This document shows positions 1 through 9,950 of a stretch of DNA of 64,000 bases, piece after piece. The notes beneath the pieces were generated by a model that saw nothing but the letters and a program-made list of their open reading frames with translations, was not told the DNA's origin and made no database searches. Origin of the DNA: an uncultured delta proteobacterium (lineage in GTDB: Bacteria > Desulfobacterota > Binatia > Binatales > Binataceae); the NCBI GenBank assembly GCA_963724765.1, contig CAVRVY010000004.1, positions 640,001 through 704,000 of the forward strand, written 5' to 3'. The position numbers and the translations under genes were made by a program. Every line of letters begins with the position of its first letter. The stretch's first letter is position 1.

Positions 1-480
1 CAGCCCAGGGCAGGGTACGAAGTGTGGGACACGGCCAGCGACATATGGATCACGTCGGCCGTGAGAATACGCTTGCTGGCCGATACCGAGGTTCCGGGGC
101 TGGAAATCGACTTGGACTCGTGGGACGGGGTGGTGACGTTATTCGGGATTGTGTCTTCGCAGGAGGCCAAGGCCGCTGCTGAGGCCGACGCCCTCAAGGT
201 GAGCGGAGTAAAGCGCGTGGTGAACGAACTGCAGGTGGTGGCGAGCGCGAGACAAAAAGCCGTAAACGCGAGCGACGACGAGCTACAGCACGAGGTCAGG
301 AAGGCTCTCGACGAGCATGAGTTCAGAGACGTCGGCTCGGAGGTGAGAAACGGTGTCGTGCGGCTGACTGGGACCGTCCCAACCGGGGCGCGGAACCTGG
401 AGGCCGCAGTGGTGGCGCGCTCGATTCCGGGCGTGCGCGCGGTCGAGGACGATCTGCGCCTCCGGGCAGTCGAGGACTAA
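1..480 (+). CDS. BON (OsmY-like) domain protein, 5'-partial
   Basis: Frame open from base 1; two BON repeats (SDIWITSAVRIRLL..GVVTLFG..VSGVKRVVNEL; DDELQHEVR..NGVVRLTGTV..IPGVRAVEDDL). Confidence 0.9.
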   Translation, partial: QPRAGYEVWDTASDIWITSAVRIRLLADTEVPGLEIDLDSWDGVVTLFGIVSSQEAKAAAEADALKVSGVKRVVNELQVVASARQKAVNASDDELQHEVRKALDEHEFRDVGSEVRNGVVRLTGTVPTGARNLEAAVVARSIPGVRAVEDDLRLRAVED

Positions 481-606
481 CCCGATGCTGCAGCGCTCCG
501 ACACCACACGCATCCACTTTGTTTGCACGCGTGAGGACTCGAGCAAGCAGTGCGTTAAAGTGTGATCCGGGAACTTCTGCAAATTGCAGGCTAAGAGGTA
601 ACAACA

Positions 607-846
607 ATGACACTTGAAGAGACCGCAAAATCGACGGTGCGCGACGCGATGGATCAGGGTCGCGAAACCGCGGAGAAGGCCACGCAGGCAGTAAAAGGCG
701 GCTACAAGGCTGCGCAGCAGTACGCTGAGGACGGACGTTTCAATCTTGGCCTTGGCGATTTCGTTCGGCGCGAACCGTGGTTAGCTGTAGCAGCCGCTTT
801 TGCGATCGGATACGTCGCTGCGCAGATCGTCAGGCGTGTTTCCTGA
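607..846 (+). CDS. ElaB/YqjD/DUF883-like tail-anchored small protein
   Basis: RBS AAGAGG; helical charged N-terminus, then FVRREPWLAVAAAFAIGYVAA C-terminal anchor typical of DUF883. Confidence 0.7.
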   Translation: MTLEETAKSTVRDAMDQGRETAEKATQAVKGGYKAAQQYAEDGRFNLGLGDFVRREPWLAVAAAFAIGYVAAQIVRRVS

Positions 847-859
847 CGGAGTGTGTCCC

Positions 860-1051
860 ATGGATATTTCAGCCGATACCGCTCCGCAGCGCCGCCGACG
901 CCGTCGCGTGGATAGGTATGTTAGGGATGAGCCGCTCAGTTCTCTGGCGATTGCCGAGAGCTATCCCGTTGCCGCTTCCTTGGTGGCGGGCGCTTTGGGC
1001 CTTTTCATCGGCTCAGGGCGCTCAGGGCGGTTCGCGACTGAATGGTTGTGA
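860..1051 (+). CDS. Second DUF883-like small protein, possibly degraded
   Basis: ATG 860 after GGAG; RYVRDEPLSSLAIA..VAGALGLFIG resembles the DUF883 C-terminal motif. Confidence 0.4.
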   Translation: MDISADTAPQRRRRRRVDRYVRDEPLSSLAIAESYPVAASLVAGALGLFIGSGRSGRFATEWL

Positions 1052-1161
1052 GAGCGGGCGCTTATCCCCGAGGTGCAAGAGGCAACTGCGCAGCATGTGA
1101 GTTTGCCATAGCGGAACGGAAAAATAGTTTTGCGCCGCCCTGCGACAGTGCACAGACTCGC

Positions 1162-2472
1162 TTATCTCGCAGAACCGTTGCCGATAGTGAACGTCCGCGT
1201 GTCGTCATCGTACGTGAAAAGTTCGGCATATCGCGCCCAACCGATGACGGCGCGCAACGTCTTCTCCGTGTCGCTCGGATTCAGATGGTCTTCCAGTTCG
1301 GACTCAAATCTCACCCGAGGTGCGAGGTGACCCTCACGCTCATTGAGGACATGACGGATATGGGCGGCGAGAGGTACAAAGCGGAGCAGATGCTCGCTGA
1401 AGAGCCGCTTACGCTCTTCCGTCCCGCTCTGGGCGAATACGCGCCCGGCCGCGGTCAGCTTGATGGCGCCGTCCTTGAGCTCGGCGAATTCCAGGATGTG
1501 AAGAGCTTCGGCAATAGGGAAGAGGTCTCTGATATCCAGGGCGAGCGCGCCAGCAATCCTGGCCAGCTCGGCACACCCTTGGTAGGGGGTCGAAGCCAAT
1601 GCCTCGATGAATCCGGCGAGCCGATTGATCGGGACCGATGGCAGCGGCTGCACCAAACCCCCGTGGATTTGGCTTTGTGCTCCGATCGACTCCGTCGTGC
1701 GTGACGTAAGAATCGAATAAAACTCGTCAACAATATTGTGAAACTCGGCATCCAATCGGTTGCGCGGATGCGCCAAGGGAACCGGAATCTCAGCCGCGAT
1801 GCGCCCGGGACCCGAGGAAAGGACGAGGATTCGGTCACACATCATGACCGCTTCTTCGATGTTGTGCGTTACCAGCAGCACCGACTTGGTGGGAAGCTGA
1901 CGCTCGATCCAGAGATCGAGGAAGTCCGAACGCAAGGTCTCGGCCGTCAGAACATCGAGAGCGGAAAACGGCTCATCCATGAGAAGCAAAACCGGCTCGA
2001 TTACGATCGCCCGCGCAAAGCCGACCCGTTGGCGCATTCCGCCCGAGAGCTCGCGAGGATAAGCGGATTGGAACCCATCGAGACCGATCAAATCGATGGC
2101 TGACATTGCCCGGCGGCGAGCCTCGTCGTGAGCCAACCCGAGCGCATCGAGGCCGGCCTCGACGTTCTCGAGCACGGTAAGCCAGGGAAAGAGGGCAAAG
2201 CTCTGAAATACAACTGCGATACCTTCGGCCGGCTTAGACAACGGCTCTCCGCGATAGAGCACATCCCCGGAAGTTGGCGCAATAAGCCCTCCAGCGATGC
2301 GCAGTAGGGTCGACTTTCCTGAACCTGAACGGCCAAGGAGGCCGAGGATCTCGCCTTCTCGCAGTGCCAGGTTGATGTCGGCCAGGACTGGCAGCGGTTC
2401 GCCCGATGGCCTGGCGAAAGCTTTGCTGACCTTGCGCATTTCGATGATGGGGCTGTTCACCTGGCGGGCCAT
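1162..2472 (-). CDS. NitT/TauT-family ABC transporter ATP-binding protein with C-terminal AAA-associated domain
   Basis: Walker A GRSGSGKST, LSGGMRQR, LLMDEPFSALD, H-loop VTHN; C-terminal extension ending WARYAELFTYD. Confidence 0.92.
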   Translation of the reverse strand: MARQVNSPIIEMRKVSKAFARPSGEPLPVLADINLALREGEILGLLGRSGSGKSTLLRIAGGLIAPTSGDVLYRGEPLSKPAEGIAVVFQSFALFPWLTVLENVEAGLDALGLAHDEARRRAMSAIDLIGLDGFQSAYPRELSGGMRQRVGFARAIVIEPVLLLMDEPFSALDVLTAETLRSDFLDLWIERQLPTKSVLLVTHNIEEAVMMCDRILVLSSGPGRIAAEIPVPLAHPRNRLDAEFHNIVDEFYSILTSRTTESIGAQSQIHGGLVQPLPSVPINRLAGFIEALASTPYQGCAELARIAGALALDIRDLFPIAEALHILEFAELKDGAIKLTAAGRVFAQSGTEERKRLFSEHLLRFVPLAAHIRHVLNEREGHLAPRVRFESELEDHLNPSDTEKTLRAVIGWARYAELFTYDDDTRTFTIGNGSAR

Positions 2473-2481
2473 TAGTTCCTT

Positions 2482-4218
2482 TCAATCGAGCCGCGTTCGC
2501 CGTTGGGCAAAGGCGTAGAGCGGCCGCCATAGCAGCCGGTTCATCGTGATGACGAACACTGACATAACCGCAACGCCGAGGGCGATCCGAGGGTAATCGC
2601 CCGCTTCGGTCATCCGCGCGATATAGGCGCCGAGCCCTGACCCGCTCAGCTTTGTCGGTCCCCAGCTGACCGCCTCAGAAACGATGCTTGCATTCCAGGC
2701 GCCGCCGGAAGCCGTAATCGCCCCCGTCACGTAATAAGGGAAGATTCCGGGCAGTATCACCTGCCGCCACCAGCGCCAACCGCGGATTCGAAAGCTCGCT
2801 GCGGCTTCTCTTAAGTCGGTCGGAAACGCACTTGCGCCGGCGATAACGTTGAAAAGGATGTACCACTGCGCTCCGAGAATCATCAGCGGGCTAAGCCAGA
2901 TCTTGGGAGCGAGGGCAAACTTCACGATTAGGAAGACCGCTACGGGGAAGAGCAGGTTGGCCGGAAAGGCGGCAAGAAACTGCGCGACCGGCTGGACCTT
3001 CTCCGCGAGCTTCGGCCGTAGCCCGACACCTACTCCAATCGGGACCCAGATCACTGTCGCCAGGGCGATCAGGATCACGACGCGAAGCAGGGTAAGGACG
3101 CCGTTGCTTACGGCTATGGTAACGTCGCCCCAAGACAACTCAGGTTCGGCAAATTGCACGAGATTCCATCCCACATATGCGAGGCTGGCAAGAAGAAAGC
3201 CGAACCAAGCGAGATCAGCTGCCCGGCGAGGTAGCGCGAAAACCCGCAGCCAACGAGGTTTTCGGGGCAGAGCAAGCCGGGCTCGCACGGTGGCCTGCAC
3301 GCCTTTGCCGATCGGCTCGCCCAGGAGTCTTAGCAAGCTTGCTCCCCGAAACAGGTCAAGCGCCCAGCTCCTCGGCACGACCAGCGCAGCCGTCTGCTCG
3401 AACCGGAATTTGTCCGCCCAGGCTACCAACGGACGGAAGAGCAGCTGATCGTAAATAAGGATCGTGATGGTCATCGCGACGATTGCCCACCCGACCCCCG
3501 CGAGGTCACGCTGCTGGATTGCAAGGGCGACGTAGGACCCGATTCCGGGAAGCGTGATGTGGATGTTGCCGACGGAGATAGCTTCGGAGGCGACGACAAA
3601 GAACCAGCCGCCAGACATCGACATCATCATGTTCCAGATCAGCCCAGGCATGGCGAACGGCACCTCGAGGCGCCAAAAGCGTTGCCAACCCGAGAACCGG
3701 AAACTGCGGCTCGCCTCGTCGAGATCGGTCGGAATTGTTATCAGTGACTGATAGAAACTGAACGCCATGTTCCAGGCCTGGGCCGTGAAGATCGCGAAGA
3801 TCGCGGCCAGCTCCGGTCCCAGCGAAGTGCCGGGAAAAAGCGAGACGAAGAACACGACCGTGAAGGAGAGATAGCCCAGCACCGGCACCGATTGGAGGAC
3901 GTCCAGCAGCGGTATCAGCACTGTTTCGGCCCGCCGGCTCTTAGCCGCCGGCGTGGCGTAGGTGAACGTGAAGATTAGAGAGGCGACGAGCGCGGCCAGC
4001 ATGCGCATCGTCGTACGGAGAGAGTAGACCGGCAGGGCAGCCGGTGAGAGGGAGATCCTTGGCTGTTGCGCGGTAATGAAAGGCGCCACCATCTGGTGGG
4101 CGCCGGATCCGATGAGAATCACAATCGCCAGCACCAGCAGCGTGGCAGCAGCGTCCCGCCAGGTCGGGACGCGTTGATACCACTGTCCGCCGATCAGTAT
4201 CTCGGCGTGCTGCTCCAC
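2482..4218 (-). CDS. NitT/TauT-family ABC permease, two fused TM domains
   Basis: Two EAA loops (DLDEASRSF, DLREAAASF); multiple TM segments; directly upstream of the ATPase. Confidence 0.9.
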   Translation of the reverse strand: MEQHAEILIGGQWYQRVPTWRDAAATLLVLAIVILIGSGAHQMVAPFITAQQPRISLSPAALPVYSLRTTMRMLAALVASLIFTFTYATPAAKSRRAETVLIPLLDVLQSVPVLGYLSFTVVFFVSLFPGTSLGPELAAIFAIFTAQAWNMAFSFYQSLITIPTDLDEASRSFRFSGWQRFWRLEVPFAMPGLIWNMMMSMSGGWFFVVASEAISVGNIHITLPGIGSYVALAIQQRDLAGVGWAIVAMTITILIYDQLLFRPLVAWADKFRFEQTAALVVPRSWALDLFRGASLLRLLGEPIGKGVQATVRARLALPRKPRWLRVFALPRRAADLAWFGFLLASLAYVGWNLVQFAEPELSWGDVTIAVSNGVLTLLRVVILIALATVIWVPIGVGVGLRPKLAEKVQPVAQFLAAFPANLLFPVAVFLIVKFALAPKIWLSPLMILGAQWYILFNVIAGASAFPTDLREAAASFRIRGWRWWRQVILPGIFPYYVTGAITASGGAWNASIVSEAVSWGPTKLSGSGLGAYIARMTEAGDYPRIALGVAVMSVFVITMNRLLWRPLYAFAQRRTRLD

Positions 4219-4485
4219 CCTGCCTCACCCTTCGGCATTCGCCGACAAATCCTTTGCTTGGTCTCCTAACCAAGCGGTTGACCTCTATCTATCTTGAACG
4301 GAAAAAATCGCCTGCCGTCGGGCCTGCCGAAGCGGAGCGCGGACGTGCCGGATGACAAGCGCCATCATCCCTGAACCTTGCGAAAGTGCATTATTCCTGT
4401 GCGCGGGGTGCGCGACGCTGTTGCTCGGTGTCAGCCAGTGGCACACGTTCTCGCGTATTCCTAAACGGTCCGCGGGCGCTTGCAC

Positions 4486-6039
4486 TCACCGGTTTTGTGG
4501 TTTGGATTGCGCACTCTTAGTATCAGCAGGATCTTGGATTGATGAACCGCGCAGAGCGTCTTCCGGTGTGTTCCACCAGCCTCCGCCGAGAGCAACCAAA
4601 AGCGCGGCGGTATCTTGAAGACGTTGTCCCATCACCTGGATATAGCCAAGTCTCGCCTGCTGGTACTGATAGTCAGCGATTAGCACCTGCAGATAGTTGA
4701 CGGTGCCGGCCTGATAGTTTGCCTGTATCAGGTGCAGCGCCTCAGCCGCCGCGTCGAGCGCCTGCGATTGAGCACTGAGAGTCTGGGCATCATGCTGCAG
4801 CGCGTCCAGCGCATCCGCGACCTGTGCAAGCGCTGCTAGAACGATCTGGCGATAGTTTGCCAAAGCCTGTTGATACGCGTCGATTGCCGCCTTTCGTTGG
4901 TACCAGAGTGTGGGTCCCTGGATCAGCGGGGTTGCAAGAGTAGCGCCCATGGTCCAGAAGGCGGCGCTACTGGCGAACAGAGTGGAAAGCGTGGTGCTGT
5001 TCAAACCGTAGTCGGCAGTCAGGTTGAAGTTCGGGAGCATATTCGCAGTTGCCACCCCTATCTGAGCGCTGGCGCTATGTAGCTGGGCTTCCGCGATTAG
5101 GATATCGGGACGTTGACGCACCAACTCGGACGGCAGGCTGACCGGCAGGTCGTCGGGAAGTTTGAGTTCGGCCAGCGTAACCCGTGGCGGCGCCCAATCG
5201 CTCGGGGCCTGGCCTGCTAAGGTCGCGAGCAAGTGACGGGTGTGGGCCAGTTGCTGCTGAAGAGGCGGCAGCGTGGCCTGCGTTGTGGCCAGTTGAGTTT
5301 GGATGCTGAGTAAGTTCGCATAGGGAACGACACCCGCGCGCGCCTGCGCGCCCGTGATGTTGGTCTGCTCCTCAAGAAACCCAACGATCTGTTGCGTCGC
5401 TTCGATCTCAGCGCTGTACGCCGCCTCCGCCACAACCGCGTTGACAAGGTTGCCCGACAACGCGAGGTAGGAACCCTGGACGTTGTAATATTGCACGTCT
5501 ACCTGCGCGCCCAGCCCCTCTACGGTGCGTCGCTCGCCGCCCCACACGTCGAGGACGTAGCCGACCGTTGCCTGAAGGGTATAAAGATTAAAGATACTAG
5601 GGCCGGAACTCTCGCCGAAGCGGGCCGGGGAGAATTGCTGGCGCGTGGGTTGGAAGCTAGCGCCGAGCTGTGGGTAGAAGATCCCATAGCCGGCACGAAG
5701 GTTATCCTCACTTTGCCGCAGACTTGCCTGCGCGGCCTGCAGCGTCGGATTATTGGCGATGGATTGCATGACCAGCGCGTCCAACTTCGAGCAGTTGAAT
5801 AGCCGCCACCAGTCTGCGGCAATCTTCGCCCCGTGCTCGAAATGCTGCGCGCCACCCACCGTGGCAATCGTTCCGCCGGGCTCTTCCTTGTAGGTGTAGC
5901 GTCGACTGGCAGGTCCTTCGGGGCGCACAAAGTCCGGCCCCACGGCACACGCGGCAATCCAACATGAAAGAAGGACGCAGAGCGCCTTCAATACGTAATC
6001 GCACCCACGGCAGCGGCTATTTCTCGGCAACGTAGACAT
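4486..6039 (-). CDS. NodT/OprM-family efflux outer-membrane lipoprotein
   Basis: Lipobox IAAC-AVGPDF; DWWRLF, NPTLQAA, SLPSELVRQRPDI, ALGGGWW. Confidence 0.92.
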   Translation of the reverse strand: MSTLPRNSRCRGCDYVLKALCVLLSCWIAACAVGPDFVRPEGPASRRYTYKEEPGGTIATVGGAQHFEHGAKIAADWWRLFNCSKLDALVMQSIANNPTLQAAQASLRQSEDNLRAGYGIFYPQLGASFQPTRQQFSPARFGESSGPSIFNLYTLQATVGYVLDVWGGERRTVEGLGAQVDVQYYNVQGSYLALSGNLVNAVVAEAAYSAEIEATQQIVGFLEEQTNITGAQARAGVVPYANLLSIQTQLATTQATLPPLQQQLAHTRHLLATLAGQAPSDWAPPRVTLAELKLPDDLPVSLPSELVRQRPDILIAEAQLHSASAQIGVATANMLPNFNLTADYGLNSTTLSTLFASSAAFWTMGATLATPLIQGPTLWYQRKAAIDAYQQALANYRQIVLAALAQVADALDALQHDAQTLSAQSQALDAAAEALHLIQANYQAGTVNYLQVLIADYQYQQARLGYIQVMGQRLQDTAALLVALGGGWWNTPEDALRGSSIQDPADTKSAQSKPQNR

Positions 6040-7102
6040 CCACTAATTGGCCCGGGTACACGGCGAGATTTTTGGGCTTCGCGAACCGAAAGATGACCGG
6101 TAACACTCGAACATCGACCCTTTCGAGTCGCTGGTCGGACAATTCGATCTTTGGAGAGACGTACGGCTGTATTCTCACGTATTCAAGTGGAACGCTGACG
6201 TTCGTGCCTCGAATGAACATACGCGCCCGCATCTGAGGTCCTGGGGCCATCCTGTGTATCAGTATCTCGTCGATATAACAGCGAACGCTTATATATTCTT
6301 CTGAAGCTCCCATTACGATGATTGGGTCAGATCCCTGCGTATAGGTATCGTAAGTGCCCTGGGGGGCGACATAGCTGCCAACGGCCGCCTGAATCGCAAG
6401 GATTTTGCCATCGGCCGGCGCCCTGACCGTGTACCAGGCGAGCAGGGATTTGGATGACAGGTAAGCCTTTTCATCGGCTTCATAGGTTTTCTCCTGATTT
6501 CTAATATCGTAGATCCAGGCGCCGGCCTTGGTGAGGTCGTAATTCCTCTGTACTACTTTGAGGTTGGTCGCGGCGACCTTGACGGCGTTTTTCGCGTCGT
6601 CGAGCGTGTACTTGCTCACGGATTTGGGATCCAGCTGATAAGACGCCTCCTGCTTCTGGAGTTCGTCCTGCGCGTTCTTGAGTTGTGCTCGTGCGTACAC
6701 AACCTGGGCCTTGGAGACATCGAAGGTTTCTTTGCGAGGTTCGGCCTGGAGTTCTTCGAGCATGGCGTGCGCGGCTTCGGCTTGCGACCGCAGTTGCTCG
6801 GCGGTCGCCCTCTGGACCGAGTCGTCCATCCGCAGGAGTACCGTTCTTCCCCGGACAGACTGCCCCTCGTGGACCGGGATTTCTACAATCGTGCCGGCTA
6901 CGTTGGGATAGATGTTGATGTCCTCGCCGTTGTTCTGGTAGCTCTCGACGATACCCTCTGCATAGATACCCTTTGCATATGGGTTTGCCGCTGGGTTAAA
7001 TGCCGGCCCAAGTGGCGCGCCATGCAGCCCGTATAGGTATGCGCCAATCAAGCCGGCTGTTAGTCCAAGAAACGCCAGCAGGAGCTCGATCCTGGGCCTC
7101 AT
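6017..7102 (-). CDS. HlyD-family membrane fusion protein
   Basis: N-terminal TM anchor, lipoyl-like VAGTIVEIPVHEGQ and VRAPADGKI halves flanking a coiled coil; ERVDVRVLPVI, YPGQLVDVY. Confidence 0.9.
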   Translation of the reverse strand: MRPRIELLLAFLGLTAGLIGAYLYGLHGAPLGPAFNPAANPYAKGIYAEGIVESYQNNGEDINIYPNVAGTIVEIPVHEGQSVRGRTVLLRMDDSVQRATAEQLRSQAEAAHAMLEELQAEPRKETFDVSKAQVVYARAQLKNAQDELQKQEASYQLDPKSVSKYTLDDAKNAVKVAATNLKVVQRNYDLTKAGAWIYDIRNQEKTYEADEKAYLSSKSLLAWYTVRAPADGKILAIQAAVGSYVAPQGTYDTYTQGSDPIIVMGASEEYISVRCYIDEILIHRMAPGPQMRARMFIRGTNVSVPLEYVRIQPYVSPKIELSDQRLERVDVRVLPVIFRFAKPKNLAVYPGQLVDVYVAEK

Positions 7103-7797
7103 ACAATGCCCCCCTCCCGGAAGCCGGTTATCCGCCCGTCCTCCATCTCCATAATCCTGTTGCTGTACTCAAAGATTCTGCTGTCATGCGTGACGATGAG
7201 AATGCAGCGCTTTGCCGTCAGGATTTCGGTTTTGACGAAGGACACGATCCTGCGTCCGGTCTCGCCATCAAGCGAGGCGGTGGGCTCGTCGAATACAAGG
7301 ATCTCGGGTTGATGAACGATGGCGCGCGCGATTGCCACGCGCTGCTGCTCCCCACCGCTTAGCTTGGTCGGCGGAAGTTGCGCCTTGTCGGCCAAGCCCA
7401 CGACGTCGAGATACCGGGCTGCCTCTCGAAGCGCCTCGTCCCAGCTTCGCCTCTGCAGAATCAGCGGGATCGCTACATTCTCTGCGGTCGTGAGGCGGGG
7501 GAAGAGATGATAGTCCTGAAACACGAAACCGATCGTGTTCAGCCGGAAATCGGCAATTTCGTTGTCCGAGAGACTCCAGAGATCGCGATTGTCTATTTTC
7601 ACCGAACCGGAGTTCGGTCGTAGAATTCCTGAAATCATGCTCAACAAAGTTGTCTTGCCGCTGCCCGACGGTCCCACTATGTAAAGCATCTGGCCCCAAT
7701 TCGCCTCGAAGCTCACTTCTTTTACCGCGTGGGTTCTGGCTTCACCTTGTCCGAACCATTTCGAGATCTTGTCAGCCACGATTGCGGCCCCGAGCAT
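7099..7797 (-). CDS. ABC exporter ATP-binding protein (LolD/DevA-like)
   Basis: GPSGSGKTT, IGFVFQ, LSGGEQQRVAIARA, DEPTASLD. Confidence 0.93.
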   Translation of the reverse strand: MLGAAIVADKISKWFGQGEARTHAVKEVSFEANWGQMLYIVGPSGSGKTTLLSMISGILRPNSGSVKIDNRDLWSLSDNEIADFRLNTIGFVFQDYHLFPRLTTAENVAIPLILQRRSWDEALREAARYLDVVGLADKAQLPPTKLSGGEQQRVAIARAIVHQPEILVFDEPTASLDGETGRRIVSFVKTEILTAKRCILIVTHDSRIFEYSNRIMEMEDGRITGFREGGIV

Positions 7798-7798
7798 A

Positions 7799-8938
7799 TC
7801 AACCTCGGAAGATCTCGAACGGTTCGATCTTCAGCACACGGCGTACTCCCGCGTAACCGGAGACGCCTGCGATTATTAGGACCATCACTAAAGCCAGACC
7901 GAGGTTGGTGTAAGTTACACGGGACGCGTATTCCGGAAGCCTGAGCTGCGCGCCAGCTATGATGAGTGTCGACAGGCCAACTCCGAGCCCGTAGCCGACG
8001 AGCGCGGTAAAGCCGGCCTGGAAGATAATCACATATACCAACTCGCGCCCTTTGGCCCCCATGGCCTTAAGAGCGCCAAAGTGTTCGAGGTTTTCTATAA
8101 TGAAGGTGTAAAAGGTCTGACCGGAGATGGAAAGGCCTACGATGAAAGCGATCACTGTCATCAGCAGCGTATTGGTGCCGATGCCCGTTTTATATTTCAG
8201 GTAACTCGAAATCGCATTCTGGTACTCGGCGTTTGTCAGCGCGAGGTAGCCGAGTTGCGCAACCTGTTGTTTGATGTACGGGACATCGGAGGCGGTCTTT
8301 GGCTCGACCAAAATGTATGAAATAGTAAAGCGCATCGACGGAATGTACTGAATCGCTCTGTAGTAGGTGGTATAGAGCGTCGGGTTGCCAAATAAGGCCC
8401 CGGTCGGGACCCTGGCGATGCCAACGATGACGCCACGATAGTCATTCAGCTCGAATTCTGTTCCGATCTGTGGACTTTCAAGCTTGGGATACTCCTCATC
8501 CTTGACCACGACGAAGCCATTTTCCGCAAAGATATCATTGATATTCCCCGCCAGCAGTTTTGGCCTGCCAACTAAACTGGTGTCGTCAAGCCCGATCACG
8601 GTGACTGGCTGGTAAGTTCCGTCGTGCAGCCTCACCAGCGCCGCACCGGAGTAGAGAGGAACCGCGTATTTGACACCAGTAATGCTGCGCACCGCATCCA
8701 AAACGTAATCCGGCATCGGAACGTTGCTGAGAATGCCATTCGGCGCCGCGGGATCCATGACCCAGATGCTGGCGCCGATGTTAATGACGGTAGCGGACGC
8801 CTTGGTCAGGATACCCGCGAAAGACGAGGTCATCTGTACTATGAGAAAAACCGAGAATGTGGTTCCCACCAAGAGCGCGGTGTATTTGCCTTTGTCGGCG
8901 ACCAGAAGCTTATAGGCCAGGATCAAAATTTCTTTCAC
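7799..8938 (-). CDS. ABC exporter permease (MacB/FtsX, DevC-like)
   Basis: One TM, periplasmic domain, then three TMs with FGALKAMGA; GTG start at 8938 preceded by GAGG. Confidence 0.88.
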   Translation of the reverse strand: MKEILILAYKLLVADKGKYTALLVGTTFSVFLIVQMTSSFAGILTKASATVINIGASIWVMDPAAPNGILSNVPMPDYVLDAVRSITGVKYAVPLYSGAALVRLHDGTYQPVTVIGLDDTSLVGRPKLLAGNINDIFAENGFVVVKDEEYPKLESPQIGTEFELNDYRGVIVGIARVPTGALFGNPTLYTTYYRAIQYIPSMRFTISYILVEPKTASDVPYIKQQVAQLGYLALTNAEYQNAISSYLKYKTGIGTNTLLMTVIAFIVGLSISGQTFYTFIIENLEHFGALKAMGAKGRELVYVIIFQAGFTALVGYGLGVGLSTLIIAGAQLRLPEYASRVTYTNLGLALVMVLIIAGVSGYAGVRRVLKIEPFEIFRG

Positions 8939-9010
8939 TGTTGCTTTCCTCGCGTTTGCCAACGTATGCCCAGGACACGAGCCGTGGTGGATGCAGCGTG
9001 AACAGGAGCG

Positions 9011-9165
9011 TCATTCGCCCATCCTCGGATAAAGATGCGACGCGATCGCAACCAGGCCGGCAAAGGTCGTGATCAGAAGCAGGAAATCGAGAGCGATTCC
9101 AATAGTGCTGACGCCGTTGCGGAGCATGAAAGGCGCGCGCAATCCGCAACTTTCGTAGATCAGAC
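9011..9165 (-). pseudogene. 3' remnant of an ABC-2 permease paralog
   Basis: Minus strand reads MLRNGVSTIGIALDFLLLITTFAGLVAIASHLYPRMGE*, matching the C-terminus of 13704-14483 (..LVAIAARLYPRMGE*). Confidence 0.75.
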
Positions 9166-9211
9166 GAGCCGAGTTCTTCCTATAATTTTCCTCCGACTAA
9201 GAGGAGAACTG

Positions 9212-9227
9212 AGCAATATCAATGCCG
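9212..9227 (-). promoter_or_regulatory. Sigma-54 -24/-12 promoter candidate (efflux operon side)
   Basis: CGGCATTGATATTGCT, GG-N10-GC. Confidence 0.6.
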
Positions 9228-9273
9228 CAATTTCGGCCCGTTCTAAGACCAGAAATGCCTTTTCGGGATCGGC

Positions 9274-9314
9274 TGACTCCATTGGAGGCATTCAAAATGG
9301 CTCCAACGGAGTCA
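9274..9314. promoter_or_regulatory. Tandem palindromic enhancer (UAS) candidates
   Basis: TGACTCCATTGGAGGCA (9274-9290) and TGGCTCCAACGGAGTCA (9298-9314) between two divergent sigma-54 motifs. Confidence 0.65.
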
Positions 9315-9476
9315 GCCAAAGAATGATGCCACGGCCGGTCCCATCCACCGTACCCGCCTGAGTATCGGCGCTGAACGGTCGGGGCGGCGCCAACGAAACG
9401 CAGTCCCGACGAGTCTCGCAGAGCCGACCGCGAGACGCGCCCGAAAATGCAAGCCTCCTGCCGTTCGACTTCGCGC

Positions 9477-9492
9477 TGGCATGACAATCGCT
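9477..9492 (+). promoter_or_regulatory. Sigma-54 promoter candidate
   Basis: TGGCATGACAATCGCT, 23 bp before the ATG at 9516. Confidence 0.6.
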
Positions 9493-9515
9493 AGAAGATT
9501 AGGAGGCCTCAGCGA

Positions 9516-9698
9516 ATGCCGGTAAGCGTGGTCAGAACGCCCGAGGATGAAATCGCATGGGAGCGCGCGAAGGCTCGCGCCCGGGAAGAATATCCCGACG
9601 TTACCGGCGAGCGCTTCTACAGAATTGTGATGGCCATTTATAAGAAGATGATTCACTATCAGCCGCGGACGAGCCGCCCGCGCCGCGATCGAGGATAG
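9516..9698 (+). CDS. Small basic helical hypothetical protein (60 aa)
   Basis: Strong RBS AGGAGG; MPVSVVRTPEDEIAWERAKARAREEYP..FYRIVMAIYKKM. Confidence 0.75.
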   Translation: MPVSVVRTPEDEIAWERAKARAREEYPDVTGERFYRIVMAIYKKMIHYQPRTSRPRRDRG

Positions 9699-9702
9699 CT
9701 CG

Positions 9703-9902
9703 ATGCACGACCTTGATAAGCAACGGATGCGGATGGTCGAGAGGCACGTCACGAGCAGCTCGCCAAACTGGCCAGAAGACGCTTCGCCGAACTGGGCTAT
9801 AGCAACATCAACGTTCTCCACTGCGACAGCACTCTGGGATGGCCCGAGCATGCACCTTACGATCTGATAGTGGTGACCGAAACTTTTCCGTTCGGAGTAT
9901 AG
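9703..9902 (+). pseudogene. pcm: Protein-L-isoaspartate O-methyltransferase remnant (internally deleted, truncated)
   Basis: MHDLDKQRMRMVERH joined out of frame to RHEQLAKLARRRFAELGYSNINVLHCDSTLGWPEHAPYDLIVVT, the Pcm G(D)GTLGWPEHAPYD region. Confidence 0.8.
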
Positions 9903-9950
9903 GACGCTGTCGGCCGGAATTTATTTCCGTTGCCGCGATGAAGACGGGAC

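Noticed and set aside
570-596. GGAACTT motif as an ECF/EcfG promoter before the ElaB-like gene
   Set aside because: No matching -10 element (CGTT or TCAAA) at the expected spacing.
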